Source: Dipteris shenzhenensis
Taxonomy: Eukaryota
Strand: one strand, 5' to 3'
DNA length: 64,000 nucleotides
Assembly (NCBI GenBank): GCA_047967505.1
Contig: CM106538.1
In this document: piece by piece, positions 37,701 through 52,640 of the stretch
Numbering within the stretch: the stretch's first letter is position 1
Layout of the letters: the number at the start of each line of letters is the position of its first letter
Program-made: the position numbers and the translations under genes
The notes under the pieces: model-generated
Told to the model about the DNA's origin: nothing
The model's database searches: none
The model's input: only the letters and a program-made list of their open reading frames with translations

Positions 37701-39034
37701 AAATCATAGCATCTAAAGTGATCTTCAACTAATGATGCAAGATCCATGGAACTCTTTTCTCTTATCTATAAAAAGACAAAGGTTTAATGATGTGCTAGAA
37801 CACAAGAAAATGGAATGCAAGAAGTTTCAATCCATGTATAAGGAGTTTAATGCTGATGAAATATAAATATTGGAAGCCTAGTAAGAAAACCATGGTTTCC
37901 ATATAATACAAGTGAAGCGATTGTTATGGAAATCCACCTTGGGTCTAAATAAAGACAACTTTAGTGAAAATTAGGCAAGAGATCATGCCAAATTCCTTAT
38001 TCCAACAATGGAAAGAGCACGGAGATTGAGGATAAGAGGTAATTAGAAATTTAATTACTAAATAGACATTGGATTTGCCTTCAATTTATGTAATTTTCAA
38101 CATGCTTCTAAGCTTATGTGCCTATTGTCTTAATGCAACAATTCTCCATTTGTAAAAATTCCCCTATGAAATGTTCAACATGCTTCTTAACTTATGTGTC
38201 TATTGTATTGGAACTATATATGAAGTTTGATGAAGCAATTTCAAATTGTCAAATGCCTTTTGCATAGCTTGAAGAATGGTTTCTTTGCATATTTTATTGT
38301 TTCATAAAATGTTAGATACTTTTCAAATCACATATAACTTGAATTAATTATAATGGGTTGGCTTTTATATATGCTCTTTAAAGAGTTAAATACTCATCAA
38401 TATTTAATACATTATTTTGATTTTTCCAAACATATGCAAGAGTAAAAAATGGTGTATAAATTATTTATGAAGTTGTTTGATTAATCAAAGTTGAAGGAAT
38501 AAGATCTCATTAAGATTGATCTTGGCCACATGCATGTACCATGCTAGAAACTTTAACTCACATCAACTTGATCCATACATTATTATTAATAAACTCGAAG
38601 GTTCTAGATAAAATGGTTATACAACTTTATGGAGACAAAATATAGGCTTTGCCATTAGTAAATGTGAGTGTTATCACTTTAAACTCAGAATTGGGAACGT
38701 ACATTTGACACGTGTTAGACCATACATATTGTGTGAAGAAAGAAAATGTGCTTATTTACAGGCCTCTCTAAAAAAGAGGGCTTTAAGTAAGGCTTTTAGC
38801 CTCTGTTCTCTAAGGGGCAGTGCTTAAGTGTACCACCTGTGCTCATCGTTACATCGAATACACCCACTTTAGAAGAGTTACAATGCCAAGATCAGCATAG
38901 CATCGCCTTAATAATATTCGATTATAGAATGGATTGTCATTGATGCTTCATGAGAATTTTGAGTGATTTGATGTTCAATTCATTCATCGAATCGATTATG
39001 ATAATATATATTATGCTGCAAGCACTTCTGTAGC

Positions 39035-40764
39035 TCATCGCTTCTGGAAGTTGAGAAACTTTATGCCGAATGCAAACACGACTGCGAACAGAATTATGAT
39101 GCCCACATGCACACCAGCTATAGCTCCCAAGAAACTATGGCGGAAACCATAGTATTGTTCGAGGTACTCTGTCACGGTCAACTTTCCGCTTCCAAGAGTG
39201 TCAATCGTTACATCGTCGAGATCCCCCAGTTGAGAAGCGATTAAACCATAGAGTGTCCAAGCCATAGGGTTTCCCCAGTAGTACCATCTCCACCAAATAG
39301 GAATTCGCTGAATTGCCAGAAAACATTTGTTAGAAAGCGAATATCTACACTGCTGAGGAACTTGTGTAGCTTAACTCTACACTTTTGGTTGCATGCATTG
39401 AAGAAATGACTTACTGTTCGAGGGATTAAGAACCCCGAGAAAAGATTGAAGAGTTTGTAGAAGGCCAACGAGACGATGATACCGTAGGAATGGTTTGGTG
39501 TGATTGCCGCAATCATCATCCCATAGAAGGTGAAGTATACGAAGGAGCAAAACATAAAGAAGAAAAACCAAAAGAACTTGATGGCCGTCCATTGGAAGTC
39601 CATCATTGCGTACAATATCAACCCATAGATGAGAGTTTGGGCAAAGTTATACGGAATCTCAACTAGCTCCTGCAAAAAGATTTCACCGCTGACATCAATG
39701 GATATAAGGATTAGGAAGGTAAACCTTTAGACGCATGTTGATCGATCACGTCAAAACTTGAGAATACACGCGGAGTTCCCCACGAAGTAAACAATTCAGA
39801 TCCATGGATATGGACGAGTCTAAGATATAAATTCCTCAAAAGGATGCTGATCGGTAGCCAGAGATAGTAAATTTTAATCCGATGATACCCACAAAGTTTG
39901 CAAGGATGACAAATATTATCCGCGCACCTGCCCAAAAGCGTAAGCCAGTGGAGAATACATTCCTGCTGCTTTTTCGCGATAGAAGATAGTTCTTTCAAGG
40001 TCTACAACTGGCTGAACTGTGTTTGCATTTGCTACTCCAAGAAACATTGCACCAGTATACATTGCACCCATGATATTCACTAGATCTTGCGCGCTAGTTC
40101 TGTGTACACAAAACAAGGTAAATCGTTAAGAAATTTTGATCTCAACACATGCTACGTGCATGCCACATCCTAAATTCTTCAATAACCGAATCTAGTAGTG
40201 GCATGATTTTCGGGAGATCTTCAACACGTACGTTTTGGAGCCAAGGTCCCAAAAGACTGTTCCGATCAAAATTGCACTTGACATCGTGAAGAAAATCCGA
40301 GCAGCATTGTACTCTGGATTGCGCCAATATGACCAAAACTGCTTCCAAAGGCAGGCTATAAATTGCACTTGAAAGCTCTGAGAATATTTGGTTGGGAAGT
40401 AAAGGTCCTTTGAGTTTGGGGCCGGTGTACTCAGTTGCTGAATAAGTTCTTTATTGCGCCTGAAACAGATTGGTACAATGAATCTCAAAGCCACATTCAA
40501 ATCACGTGTTGTAATGTAATTTATATGCAACATTGCATCGTCTTAACAGGAAACATTTGACAGGAGACAATTACTTGAATAGAGATGAATCTTTGTAAAG
40601 CTGAGCAAAATCAACATGTTGAGATGCGTGTGAAGTGACGTCCAACATCCATGCCGCTGGATTGTTACCTTCCTTAATTTTAGGAACACCAGGAATGGCC
40701 TGTAGTAAGGCAATAACGAATATGAGAAGCAACTTGGACCATAGATACTCAAGAAAGTTAGCTA

Positions 40765-40799
<35 letters not shown>

Positions 40800-40854
40800 A
40801 GATTCATGAGTCATTTAATGTGGCTCCTTGGGTTTGTTCGGATGATGCAGTAAA

Positions 40855-40891
<37 letters not shown>

Positions 40892-43800
40892 GTGGATATT
40901 GCCCATGACAGTGGATTCCTTTTATTGCCCATGATTCTATATGTAGTCTGATCAATATTACTTACCTCTAAATATTCAATGAGTTCTTTAGATTGGCGGC
41001 CAAGGGGCCCGAAGTAAATGACTTGCCCTCCAGGCTTCAATAGAAGCAACTACAAGCAAGATCAAAATGCCTCAGATTAATCTTCATCCTACAAGAGCTT
41101 GTTTAAAGACTTTGTCTTTATTTAGCTCATGGCAGACATTCTATTTACTCACACATCACAATCTAAGTACGATGCATGCAAAGTTTAATAGAATTACGAT
41201 GCTAATAGCTAAGCTAGTATCTTAGTGATTCAAATTTATAGGCCTTTTCACCTCGTCAAATGCTTCAAATATATCGATGCTAGGCTGATGGATTGTGCAC
41301 ACCACTGTGCGCCCTGTATCCACTGTGTTACGCACGGTTCGCATGACAATGGCCGCAGCTCGTGCATCTAATCCCGAAGTTGGCTCATCCATGAAAATGA
41401 TGGAAGGATTTGCAACCAACTCTACAGCTATAGTTAGCCTCTTTCGCTGTTCTGTTGAGAGGCCGTTTACCCTAGGGATACCAACGATGGCATCCCCAAT
41501 GGGATTGAGCTCTACAAGCTCCATAACCTCCTCCACAAACATCTGCAAAATGTACATAAAATGGCATTCACTCTTCCGTAGAATACTAATCAAACACCCT
41601 TCACTCTTCCGTAGAGTACTAATCAAACATAGCTAAATGTGGCCGTATAGATCTTTCTCTAGCTTTCAAATGTAAATTCGATTTACCTTTCGGGTGTGTT
41701 CATCCACTTCCTTGGGTAGACGAAGCCATGCAGAATATATAAGAGACTCTCTAATGGTCAGATTAGGTGAATGGATGTCACTCTGTTCGCAGTACCCTGC
41801 AATACGAGCAAACGTTTCTTGCGTCTTCGGATATCCAGATATGCTTATATTTCCCTCGATATATCCAGATGTTTTTCGTCCAGACAACACATCCATCAGG
41901 GTTGTCTTCCCTGCACCACTTACGCCAACCAAAGCTGTCAATACCCCTGGTCTGAAGGACCCACTCACGCCCTCCAATAGCTGCAATCGTCGTTTGGATA
42001 CTCCTTGTTCCTTCATTTCCTATGACAAAGCACATGCCAGTTAGTGCCATCGATGTTCCTGCTTGACTGGATAATGGAAAATAGATTCTTATATAAAGAT
42101 GCAATGCATAGATTGAAACTTACAGGAGGCATGTCAACATAGTAGTTTATATTGTCAAATGCAATGGATAATGGTCGAAAAGGAAAGACCGTGCGCCTAT
42201 TTGGAACTTCAATGGTTACTTCATCTTCAACATATTGAAAACGATCAGGAGCTGGGCTTGTTGACCTCATTCCCTGTATTTCAATGACTGTCCATTCAAT
42301 AACAAACAATTTAAAAATGAGGCAATACACCAGCTAACGTCCGATAGGATCGACACTCAGTAGAGAAAATTCATGTGGACATTCATGCAAAATTTCTTCG
42401 TACCTTTCCCTTTAGCCACTTCGGTGTGTTCTTGATGTGACAATTCTCCTATTCGACTTGAATGTGTCTCTTCGAGAACCTTTGCTGGAATACTCGCTCT
42501 TGGTCGGCCAATAGCTGCGGCATAAGATATCAAAGATTAGGGTCTTGCGGCGCGGCATGTGGGATAATTAGTTGAGGCTTTAGTGTGGGAGCAAGCTTGA
42601 AAAAGGTCGCAAAATCCATAATAAAGTCTATATATATGCTTTTTCTGCTATGCAAGATTAAATAACAAACGAAAGTAGAGTCTCACGATTCAAATATGTC
42701 AATGCTAGGGTGTACAACACATTGAAGACCACCGTCCATCCAACTAGTGCTCCTATACCGATCGAATACCAGTAAGCCTCGGTAAACATTCCACGCTCAT
42801 TAAGTACATCTTTGCCAATTGTTGCTGCAACTATAGTATCATTATATGGCTGGACGAATACAGGCTGGTCATCATCAGTTTGTGAACAAGGTCCAAGTCT
42901 TTTCAAGCTAAATATAGAAAGTTGCATAATCATGAGAACAATATCATTAAGTTGAGTACTATAAGCAGCCTATAAAGTTTGAACATACCAAGTCCCAACG
43001 ATGTGCCAAAAACTCATTCTCCGCTAGTGCATTTTGCCCATACATCATGGGTGAGATCCAATATCCCCAAATCCACCATTTGTGTATGTTCTCTGTCATT
43101 GTCAAATTTTTTATCTAATTATAGTTTTCTAGGTGGAGATGTCCACTTCAGCCCAATTCGAGGACGCTTATTTAAATAAAGAATTTCATACCTCTATCTA
43201 AAGCAAATCCTCCCAAGACAAACATGACCATAAGTGCGAGAAAACCAATTGTGTTTGCTATAACCATAGTTCTACTAGCAGCTCCAGAGAAGCGGAAAAG
43301 CGCATATGCCACTTGAGAGACCACAAACAAGAGCAAGAACTGCTGGAAAAACCTGTAATATGAGGGACCAATCAACCATAGACAAAAAAAAATGCAGAGC
43401 TATAATGTTCCGAATGCTGTGAACAAGTTAATTACATACCTGCTGGCTTGGGGAGTGAACCCAATTGTAAAATATGTCATACACACCCAAATTCCTGATT
43501 CCAATATTGATATTGGTATTCTAGTGATAAAAGTTGGTATAGAAGTAGCCCAAGCAGGGTACAACATTTGATCTCTTTGTTTATAGAACACAGGGAGCCG
43601 ACCAACAACCAAAGAGATTTCTGTCATTCCATTGAACATTACATTGAACAAACCAAAGAATAGGGCACCCATGTACAAATCACCATCTAAGACATTGTTT
43701 GGACGTAATCTTGTACGAGAAAAGACAGTGCAAGTAATGAGTGCTACTATCGATATCTGCAAAATCATATGATAGCAAGCCCTGGTCAGATCATATTTTG

Positions 43801-46795
43801 ACTACCACAAAGGTTTACTTTATTTCTACATGGTGAGATTGACTAGATGAGAACCTGAACAATCTTGAAGATATAAACAAAGGAGTTGCGCTTCATTAGT
43901 AACCATTCCCTCCAAAAGCAAGCCTTGAAGAGTTCCCATTTGTCAATACCATATTTCTCAGTTGAAAGGGATGCCGGATGACTCCGTGATTTATCAAAGG
44001 GTACTGAAAGCTCTTCTTGAATACTCTGACTTACACGGGAAGAGACAAAAGCTTCTGCAAACTCTTTTACAGTGATGAATCTATATGGCTCATTTGTCTT
44101 GGCCCAGTATTGTCCTTGATCTTTCCTTGAAGTGACCTGTAGAACAAAGAAAAACCCTCAATTGATAAACAAAAAAATAGAATTCAAATCCCTTGACCAT
44201 AATGGACCATCAATTATGTGCTCCATTCTCTAGCAACTCATAAGCATTGTGCACAAAAATAAAAAGTACCTCTTGGAGAAAATCTGCCACATTTTTTCTC
44301 TTAGGGCACTTGAAGCCGATGTCCTCAAAGAAGTCTAGAATCAAATCTTTGGGTCCTTGATAAACAATCTGACCTTCAGATAGTAAAATGACATCATCAA
44401 ATAGGTCAAATGTCTCTGGAGCAGGCTGCAAAAGCGAAACAACCATCGTCGTATCTAGTAGATGGACAAACTGACTCAAGCATTTCACAATTTGATAGGT
44501 GGTTGAGCTGTCCAGTCCATTTGAAATTTCATCCATAAAAAATGCCTTAGCAGGTCCCACTAGCAGCTCACCTATAGAGCATACAGAAAACTATTAATTA
44601 TAGCTTAAATTTGGAAGATAGAAGCTAGTAGTTAGAGCTGAAAAACATCATTACCAACTCAAAATGTGTCCAAACACTTTTTCTAGTATTAGGGAAATGA
44701 CTTGTACCAGTTGTCACCCTTCTCTTCTGCCCCCCAGATATACCTCGTAGCATCTCATTTCCTACAATAGTATCGGCACATGTATCAAGGCCTAGAATCT
44801 GTGACACAAAGGACAGGTGAAAATATAATTGGTAACAAGCTTTCTAAGGAAACACATGCACTGAATTTGCATCACAGAACCTCGTTCATGATTCCTAATG
44901 TCTTTTGCGTCAATATGTACGAAGCATGCTAACTATACCTTCATCACATAGTCTGTGACAATGCTACTATGTTGCCCTTGCATAGCAATTGCCTGTGAAA
45001 ATGGGCATCTCAGTGTGTCATGAATTTATAGTCCAAAGCAGAACATCAAGATGTTGAAATCTTGAACATCAAAAGCAGAACCATTGTACCTTCATGAAGA
45101 TGTCTAGATCAAGATCTGGTGTTATACCAGCTTCCTTCTCTCTTCTTGAAAGCTCCACTAGCATTTCTGTCAGGCCAAAGATTTGTGGCTGAGATTGGAA
45201 ATGTGAAAGTACTTCCCAGCGTTACAAGTTGAAAGAAAGAAAATATGATAACAAAGAGAATTGTCCCGTCCCTCAAAATTGCATATCTGAAAAGCGTCTT
45301 GAACAAAGAAAATGTAGCAACTGTGAGGCTTTGGTAAGTCATACTTACTGACCATATCTTGGCCCGACGCCCTGGCAACAACTACTAAAGGCAAGAGTCT
45401 CACGGACAGTTAGTTCAGCAATGTGTCTATCTTCTTGGCTAATGTAAGCTGACGTTCGTTGAGGCAGAAACTCTGAAAAGGCCTGCCCATTGTAGGTCAC
45501 CTCTCCTGAGACCTGAAATGCAATTTGAATGTGATAATCTTATAGTTATATAAGTTATACAAGAAATAACTATGAAGCACTTTTATGATAGCATAATCTT
45601 TTTTCAAAATGATGAAGGAAGCCTTCTACTACGAACCCGGACTTCAGGATCAAGTTTTCCTGCAAGAGCTAGTAGGAAGGTTGTCCTTCCGGAACCTGGA
45701 GGACCGAGGAGCAGTGTCATTCTGCAAAAATTTCAGAAGCACCGGAAAAATTTTAAGGTGACAGTGAACAAGAAATTAATTATGTCGTCAACTTCACTTG
45801 AAACTGGTAACAGAGTTCTTTCTGTTGAACCTACTTTGACAACACAGGAAAATAACGAACCTAGACGGCTTCACAATTCCACTAATGTCGTTGAGAATGG
45901 TCATCTTTCTTTTACTAGTTGGTAGCAGGTGATATCGGCCAAGAATCCCCTAGGAAACGATACAAGAAGGTCAGAGTCAGCTTTGAAATTTGTCACCGTG
46001 TGCGAGACATTGAAGCCTTCATATTTTTTGTCAGTATAAAACCCCGAAAGCCGGCATCAATAGACGCATTCACTCTTTGCGCATGGCGGCGCATCTTGAG
46101 GAAAAGAGGGAAGCTGATGACTGCGATATGCAGCATTTACCTCAACGATATTCAAGCTGAAATTGAGTAAAGTTGGCACGGCTCTACTCCCAAAGTATGC
46201 ATCTGCTTCGACGTTTAGGTGTTCATATCGAACCTCAATTTTGGGAAGTTCAATCCCGACCCTGCAGTACAGAGAGTGGAGGGGCCGTGAGTACACCCAA
46301 TTACTTGCAGTAGCTACGCCAGAAAAGGAAACGATGACATAGCGTCGACAAGTTTGAAGATCTCTAAAACTGTCCGCAAGCGACTACCTGAATCTAGGTC
46401 GGAGGAATTCACTTTCAAAAGTAAGGGATGGAAAAATGCGCCTACTTGTCCATTCTATCCCGGAGCTTTGTGAGTAAACTTTCATTGTCTTCATGTGGTA
46501 CGGGCAAGATCTTGTTGACTAACTGGAGTCTTGCGGCTTGCGGGAGCCTCCTTACATCCACTTTCTGGGGCATCACAGGCTCGTTTTCTGAGTAAGCATT
46601 TTTCAAAATGCCTGATCTTAGTCGGTCATAGGTGGGAAGCTTCTGTATGCCAGCCCATTTTGCAGCCTCTTCTTCATCAACCACCTGGCGCATAGTACAG
46701 GAGGTATGGGAGAAGGCATTGTCATTTGTGCGGAACGATCTGGCCTGCCGGAGAGTGCCAGCCAAATTGTCTTCTCCTCGCACTACTGTAGACAT
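39035..46795 (-). CDS. ABCG: Full-size ABCG / pleiotropic drug resistance (PDR) transporter, 24 exons, about 1463 aa
   Basis: Exons, all GT-AG: 46795-46446, 46261-46141, 45949-45861, 45721-45637, 45512-45353, 45166-45090, 44992-44939, 44798-44708, 44571-44270, 44136-43855, 43756-43440, 43352-43192, 43092-42989, 42849-42687, 42514-42404, 42287-42124 (acceptor least certain), 42019-41687, 41542-41252, 41049-40966, 40699-40575, 40459-40232, 40099-39928, 39669-39415, 39307-39035. Total 4392 nt, divisible by 3. PDR motifs [62 protein letters not shown] and terminal NFQKR. Confidence 0.96.
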
Positions 46796-47079
46796 AGCAG
46801 AGCTTCTCTTTTGTCTCAGAGAGTGAGCAAGCGCAGTGAGCTTTCGACGGTCAAGTATCTTTAGTAGTGTCGACAATGATCACTGCTAATGTTATTCGTA
46901 TACTGTTGAGTTTCTTTCGTAAATGATTGGTGTGGAAACTTGACTCTGTAGTTTAGACGAACTGCACCGTGCAGGGGCCTGACGAGTCACGACTCCCAGT
47001 CACGAGGACAATGGGTGCAAATTTTGAGATAGAGCACAGAGGGAGGAGGGACAACCGCGGTCCGGGAAGTTGGAACGAG

Positions 47080-47640
47080 ACTGAAGGTCGACGTAACCGG
47101 TACTGCAAAGATGGGCATTGGGCAAACAATACTACAGCTACGGCAAGCTAATCACTGGATATGGAGGCGCAAAATCGGACAAGGTACGTGAGCAGCAAGA
47201 GTGAATTACGAAGCGGGGGAGGGGGTGTGCAGGAGGATGGACATGTAACGTGTAGATCGTAGCTGCTGCGTCGACGTGAGTTACATATATATATACGTGC
47301 AGGATTACCTATTTGAATCGAAAAAGGTACGACGTCGGCGTATGCATGGAGGACTGCAGCAGCAGCAGCAGGAGCAGGTGCGTCGTGGGTGACGTTTCTG
47401 GTCGATGTTAGATTCGTGCGTCCTGCATCGATTGATTATGCGTGTTGATTAGGTTAATCAGGCGACATAACATAGCTGCGCCGCTGCGGTTGCGTAAGGT
47501 GGCAGATAGTGTCGCCGGACGGTACTTTGTCGTGATTGGATGCAAATAATCGTTGCTCCAAATTTGTCATTGATGACTACCTTAATCACAACAGTCGTGG
47601 TTTATCTATCACCACGTGGCACCTTACGTAACCCTGGGTA
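47080..47640 (-). promoter_or_regulatory. Putative PDR promoter: TATA-like run and ACGT-core cluster
   Basis: (TA)n at 47285-47295. About nine ACGT cores, including CACGTGGC (G-box/ABRE-like) near 47613, 300-850 bp upstream of the ATG. Confidence 0.35.
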
Positions 47641-49009
47641 TGTCACTCACGAGTTCTCTCATGACTAATCATCCCTAAACTAAGGGAAGAGTCCAAATGA
47701 ATTACGAAATTTTTAATGAGAATATAAGAATTGTATGCTTTTTGCTTTTTGGCGTTTACGAAGCAAAGATATGCTTTTACCCATGAGTTTTTACACTATT
47801 TGAATAAAACCTTCATGATTGATATTAATCAAAATCAATCTAAGGGCTCATATTTGTAAGGGCTAAAATCAATCGAGAGGCTCATATTTGCTACACGTGA
47901 CTGAAGGAGATGGATGAAAACCGAACAATATGATTTTTGTAAGTTTTGAAAGTTAAGAAAGAGAAATACCTTACTATAAACTAAGCAGGCAATAGTAGGT
48001 CTGAGCAAATGTCGTGTGTGTTTAAGTGTTCCCTTCTTGCGAGTACCTCAACACGGAAACAGATAAGAATTTAGAATATGCAAAAGCAAAAGTGAACAAA
48101 CAAGAACATATATATACATATATATAATATACTTTATATAACCACACATAGTGTGGGCGGAGAGGCGGTGCGCTTCCTTCCCCAAAGAGTTATAATCCGA
48201 GGGAACGGGACCTTCCCCGCGCGCTGAGATTAGAATCGCCGAGAATATTAGTGCCGAGATTGAGTATCGCGAACATGTAAGAGACTAACACATTACCTAA
48301 ATCTCAATGGGTGTGTTTGTCTTCCAAGTTGAACATCCAAATTTATGTACGCACCAAGTATGTACATCTGCTTCAATTTTTGAAACGTCTAAAATCAAAA
48401 CAGTATTAAAATACAGTATTATTGAACAACAAATCATTACAGTGGCTTTTATATATAAATTGCTACATGTAGTGTTGGAATGTAAAAGTAGAAATCTTCG
48501 CATTTGGAAATCTCATATCTTTGAAGTTCTTCACAGGAGGGGGATGTCTTCCCACAATTCTCGCTGCTGCAGTGGCCCTTGGTTACAGATCTTGGAGAGT
48601 TCTTCCTCAACTTTGTTCCAGGAATCTTTGATTCTTTTTACATTCTGTTCGTTGGACTTGGCTCCTCTTTCTGTTCTATAGAAGAAAATATCCGCCAAGA
48701 AGCCCGACAAGCACCAATAACATTCTTGTAACCCACGGAGAGCAGATTCCTCTCTTCCATTGTGAGCTTTCAACCTTGTGACTTTCTTCATGGACTCCAT
48801 CTCTATAGAGAAAAATATTTCTATAGTGCTATATGCAATCGAAAGACTAGAAAATACAAATACAATGCTAAAAAGAAGAAACTCGTAATGGGAAAAGCCT
48901 CATTTTCCAAAGGGAACAGGAAAGATTTTCGAATTCAATCAGGTGTCGCGCTCCTTCTTGGTGCTCATGACGGTGGATGGGGTTAAAGAAAGGAGAAGGG
49001 AGAGGAGAA

Positions 49010-49135
49010 ATGGTGATGATCCGAAGCAAAGACAGAGGCTATGGCGATGGAGAAGAGAGAATGATCCGAAGAAAGAGGCTATGGCGATGATCCGAAGCAA
49101 AGACAGAGGCTATGGCAACGAGAGAATGATCCAAG
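49010..49135. repeat. Short tandem repeat (atgatccgaagcaaagacagaggctatggc)
   Basis: Three to four degenerate copies. Confidence 0.7.
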
Positions 49136-52100
49136 TGAGAATGTATTCTCACTCTTCTTCCTCCTCCCTCCATAGCTCTCCCTCTCAAGCTTTCTTCCAC
49201 ATTTTTCTCCCTCCCTCTCCAACCATCGCCATGAACATTCCACTGCCCCACATCACCTCTCACTACACTTTCCATTTGCTCCCGCTATGTCCTCTCCCTC
49301 CATCTGAGAGCTTCTCGCAGCTGAATTTTTCCACACTCTTCCCTCTCCTGCTACACCAATATGGCCTCTACCATGCCATGCGCAACGAATCCACTTATAG
49401 AACCAGCTCTGCACCCAAAAGAAATGAGTCTCTGCACAGACTTAGCTCCCGATGGAATGAGTCCACACATCCAAGTAGCAACACCTCCAAATTGGCTGCC
49501 AAATTCCCGCACAAATTGGCTGCCAAATTCCCCACCTGACCGCTTTCCAAATTTCATGATTTGCCAGGAATGAAACCGGTGGGCAAGCTTTCAAACAGAA
49601 GGATGTCTCCCGCACGAAATCTCTACCGTGCAGCAAGCCCGCCAATTCAATCCGTGCATGGCAATTACACCTTGTCAATGCAGTCTGTAAATTCAAAGAA
49701 TTGCGGAGTAGATGATGTTCGAGTTTCGTCAAAAATCTGGAATGCTACAAACTTGCACGAGCCGACATTACTTTCCCATCTCAATGAAGCAGTTGTCGCC
49801 TCCAACTTCGATCTGATCGATGTAGGTTTGTCAAGTCTCGATCTGTTAGCATTAGTGACGACGAACGTATGTCTTTTTTCATTTTTGATCATTAGTAAAA
49901 CTGGGATAACAGAAACAGAAGCTTGCGAATACTTTAAAAAAAGATAGCGCTACAGATTAAGGCTTCTAGTGCGCATTAGTGTGTAGCAGTGATCTGAGGC
50001 TGATCCTTCTTCAATTGACATGCCTTCACCCAGCTTGGTTGTCGTCCTCTATGGTAGAGGAAACAACACCCCTACCCTTTCTCTAAAGGAATTTTTGCAC
50101 TTCGATCATCCTCCTCTTTACGATGGGCACGTACTCATGGAATTCACCCTCATCAAGGCATCAAAACACACATTCAGAACTTTCCTGCTCACCTCTGATC
50201 GAAAGGGACTTATTTAGCACTCCCTTTAAACTTGCTGAGCGCCACTTTGATGAAAATCAATGGCTTGGCTTTATTGCAATCAATGGTACATAATTCTACA
50301 CGTGGCTCTCTAGAAATCAATCATAAAAAGCAATCCACCTCAAAAATAAAGCACAATTTAAACTGTTAGATCTTTTGAAGATTAACGTCCAAGATTGTGA
50401 CAAGTGGTTTCATAAGGGCTCACAAAAGGGAACTTCCCTCTAGGCTGCCTACCGTAAATAAAAAGATGGCCATAGGCATCATTCCAAAGCCTAAGACTTT
50501 TCTATTGGGCCTTGTCGGAAATTCCCATTCAACTAAAACCTAGCCTAACCTAACTTACATAGCACTATCGTTACGTAACTTAACCTCCCACCAATACCAT
50601 CACATTCTAATCTCATCACTACTCCAAAGATGACTTATCTCAATCAAAACACTAATGGTTCATATCTGGCACCTTACATAACCCTAGTTATGTCACTACT
50701 CATTGGCCACTCATGACTAGTCAATCAAACATGTGAAAAAAACAAGTGGTGGCACTGAGCATGATTCAAAGTCCACAACTTCTCTATTTTCTTGTAGAGA
50801 ATTTCCAAGCCCAAGATTTGCTAACCTAGCCTAGCCTAGTCTAACAATGTAGCCTAGCTGTAGCTTGGAGAGGAGAAGATGCAGATATTAACACAAGTGG
50901 GTAGGAGGGGCTAGAAAGGCCAGGCTGGGGGGAAAGGAGCGGCAATCAATCATGAGAGTACACAAAGGCTAATAAAAGGGGGAGAGGTGGGAGGGGCTAG
51001 GGACATTAGCACGGGTTGGAGAGATGTAAAGGAGGTGAGGGGACAAAACTAAGGGGGAGGGCTGCTAGGCAAAGAGATTGCAAGGCGGAGAACTAAGGGG
51101 CTGCACAAAGCTAACATCACGAGGGGGACAAGAAGAGAGCTAAGGGGGACGGGAGGAGGATATCACAAGGGGGAAGGGAGGGTTGAGAGAGATATGCTGA
51201 GGGGGACAACAAGAAAGCTAGGGAGGAGGAGAGATCACAATGGGTGAAGGCAAGTGGGAGGGGGGAGGCTCGGGGGTAGCTTAGTGACTAACTTGGCTTA
51301 ATTTTCAAGTGGTCATGCTAAACTATCAAGGGATGCTTAAAATGGCAATTTTGATTTTCATTTGAAAGGGGGACATATTATGGAACAAGCTGAACGTTGT
51401 TCATTAGGCTTGCCTTGAAATAGAAATCATTTGTTGCAGGAAGCTGCCCACCTAGACTGGTTTCTAGACAGCAAGGTGGAGAAGATCATTCTAGACAGAA
51501 AGTCTACTCACGCTCGAGGTGGAGCACGTGGACTCTAGTCTAGAGATAGCCAGTAGATAGGAGAAGGACTTTTGTGGTAAGATCAGAGGACCACACCATT
51601 GGTGGGACTCTGGATCTGTCTCTCTTGTATTGTGTCCATAGTTGTGGACGGAAATATATATTTTGGTGGTTTCTCTATCTGATTGGTTCATTGTCTATTA
51701 ATGACTCTGCACACCTATTGAATGCACATAAGTAAAGAAGTCTGTGATTCCACACCCACACCGCACACTGTGTGAGCTCCTGGGCATTACTATAAGTCTT
51801 CCGCTACGTGTATCCTCTGTTGGGTATTTTCTAACAGACCGATCACCTTGATGGATACCACATACAAGATTCTAGCCAAAGAGTAAAAGAGGGAGAAAAT
51901 GGTGGAGAAGAGAGAGGACAACCACTCTCACTATGGCACGTATAAAAAGTATCCTTTTAGGCAAAAAAGAAAAGGGTTAGTAGAGTGCTTAAGCACTTCA
52001 TAAGCAGAAGTTACCAGGTGGTCAAGAAACAAGCCACAATAGAGCACTTATAATGACCTTGTCAACATCATCAAAGAGAATCAAACGATCATCCTTGCCT

Positions 52101-52490
52101 TGGTCAAGAGCTCTACTATGAGCCGGCCACACAGTTTAGGTTTCAGAATAAGTTGCTTCAGTTCTGAGCCCATGAGACATCCGCCAAATTAATGCACAAC
52201 CATGCATGGTGGCTATAAACGTCCTAATTTGTGCTCGTTGCAAAGAGCGAAATTGGGTGCTCTCTTTTTTTACTTGCCCTCTTGGGGTAGCCTACTGTTA
52301 TTGTTTCCGACGAAAAGTAACAAGATGAACGATGTGCCTTGCAATAGAAATAAGAGAAAAAGATGAATTTCTTTCATGTGGCCTAGTCGAGATGGTGCAC
52401 GGAGAAGGGGGAAAATTGAAAGCTGAGAGGAGAAGAAGAATAATAATAATAATAGTAATAAGGAGAAGAAGAGAAGGGGGGGGGAGGGGG

Positions 52491-52492
<2 letters not shown>

Positions 52493-52530
<38 letters not shown>

Positions 52531-52556
52531 CGGACGGACGGACGGAGGGAGGGAGG

Positions 52557-52632
<76 letters not shown>
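52493..52632. repeat. Compound (GA)n/(GGAC)n/(GGGA)n microsatellite
   Basis: Read directly from the sequence. Confidence 0.95.

Positions 52633-52640
<8 letters not shown>

Noticed and set aside
46796-46876. 27-aa N-terminal extension of the PDR ORF in the ORF track
   Set aside because: It starts at a TTG; the first ATG is at 46795 and gives a normal PDR N-terminus.
48297-49950. Cluster of short ORFs upstream of the PDR gene
   Set aside because: No recognisable domain, no consistent exon chain and no element termini found.
51432-51835. Possible solo LTR (TGTTG..TAACA)
   Set aside because: No matching 4-6 bp TSD and no second copy in the window.
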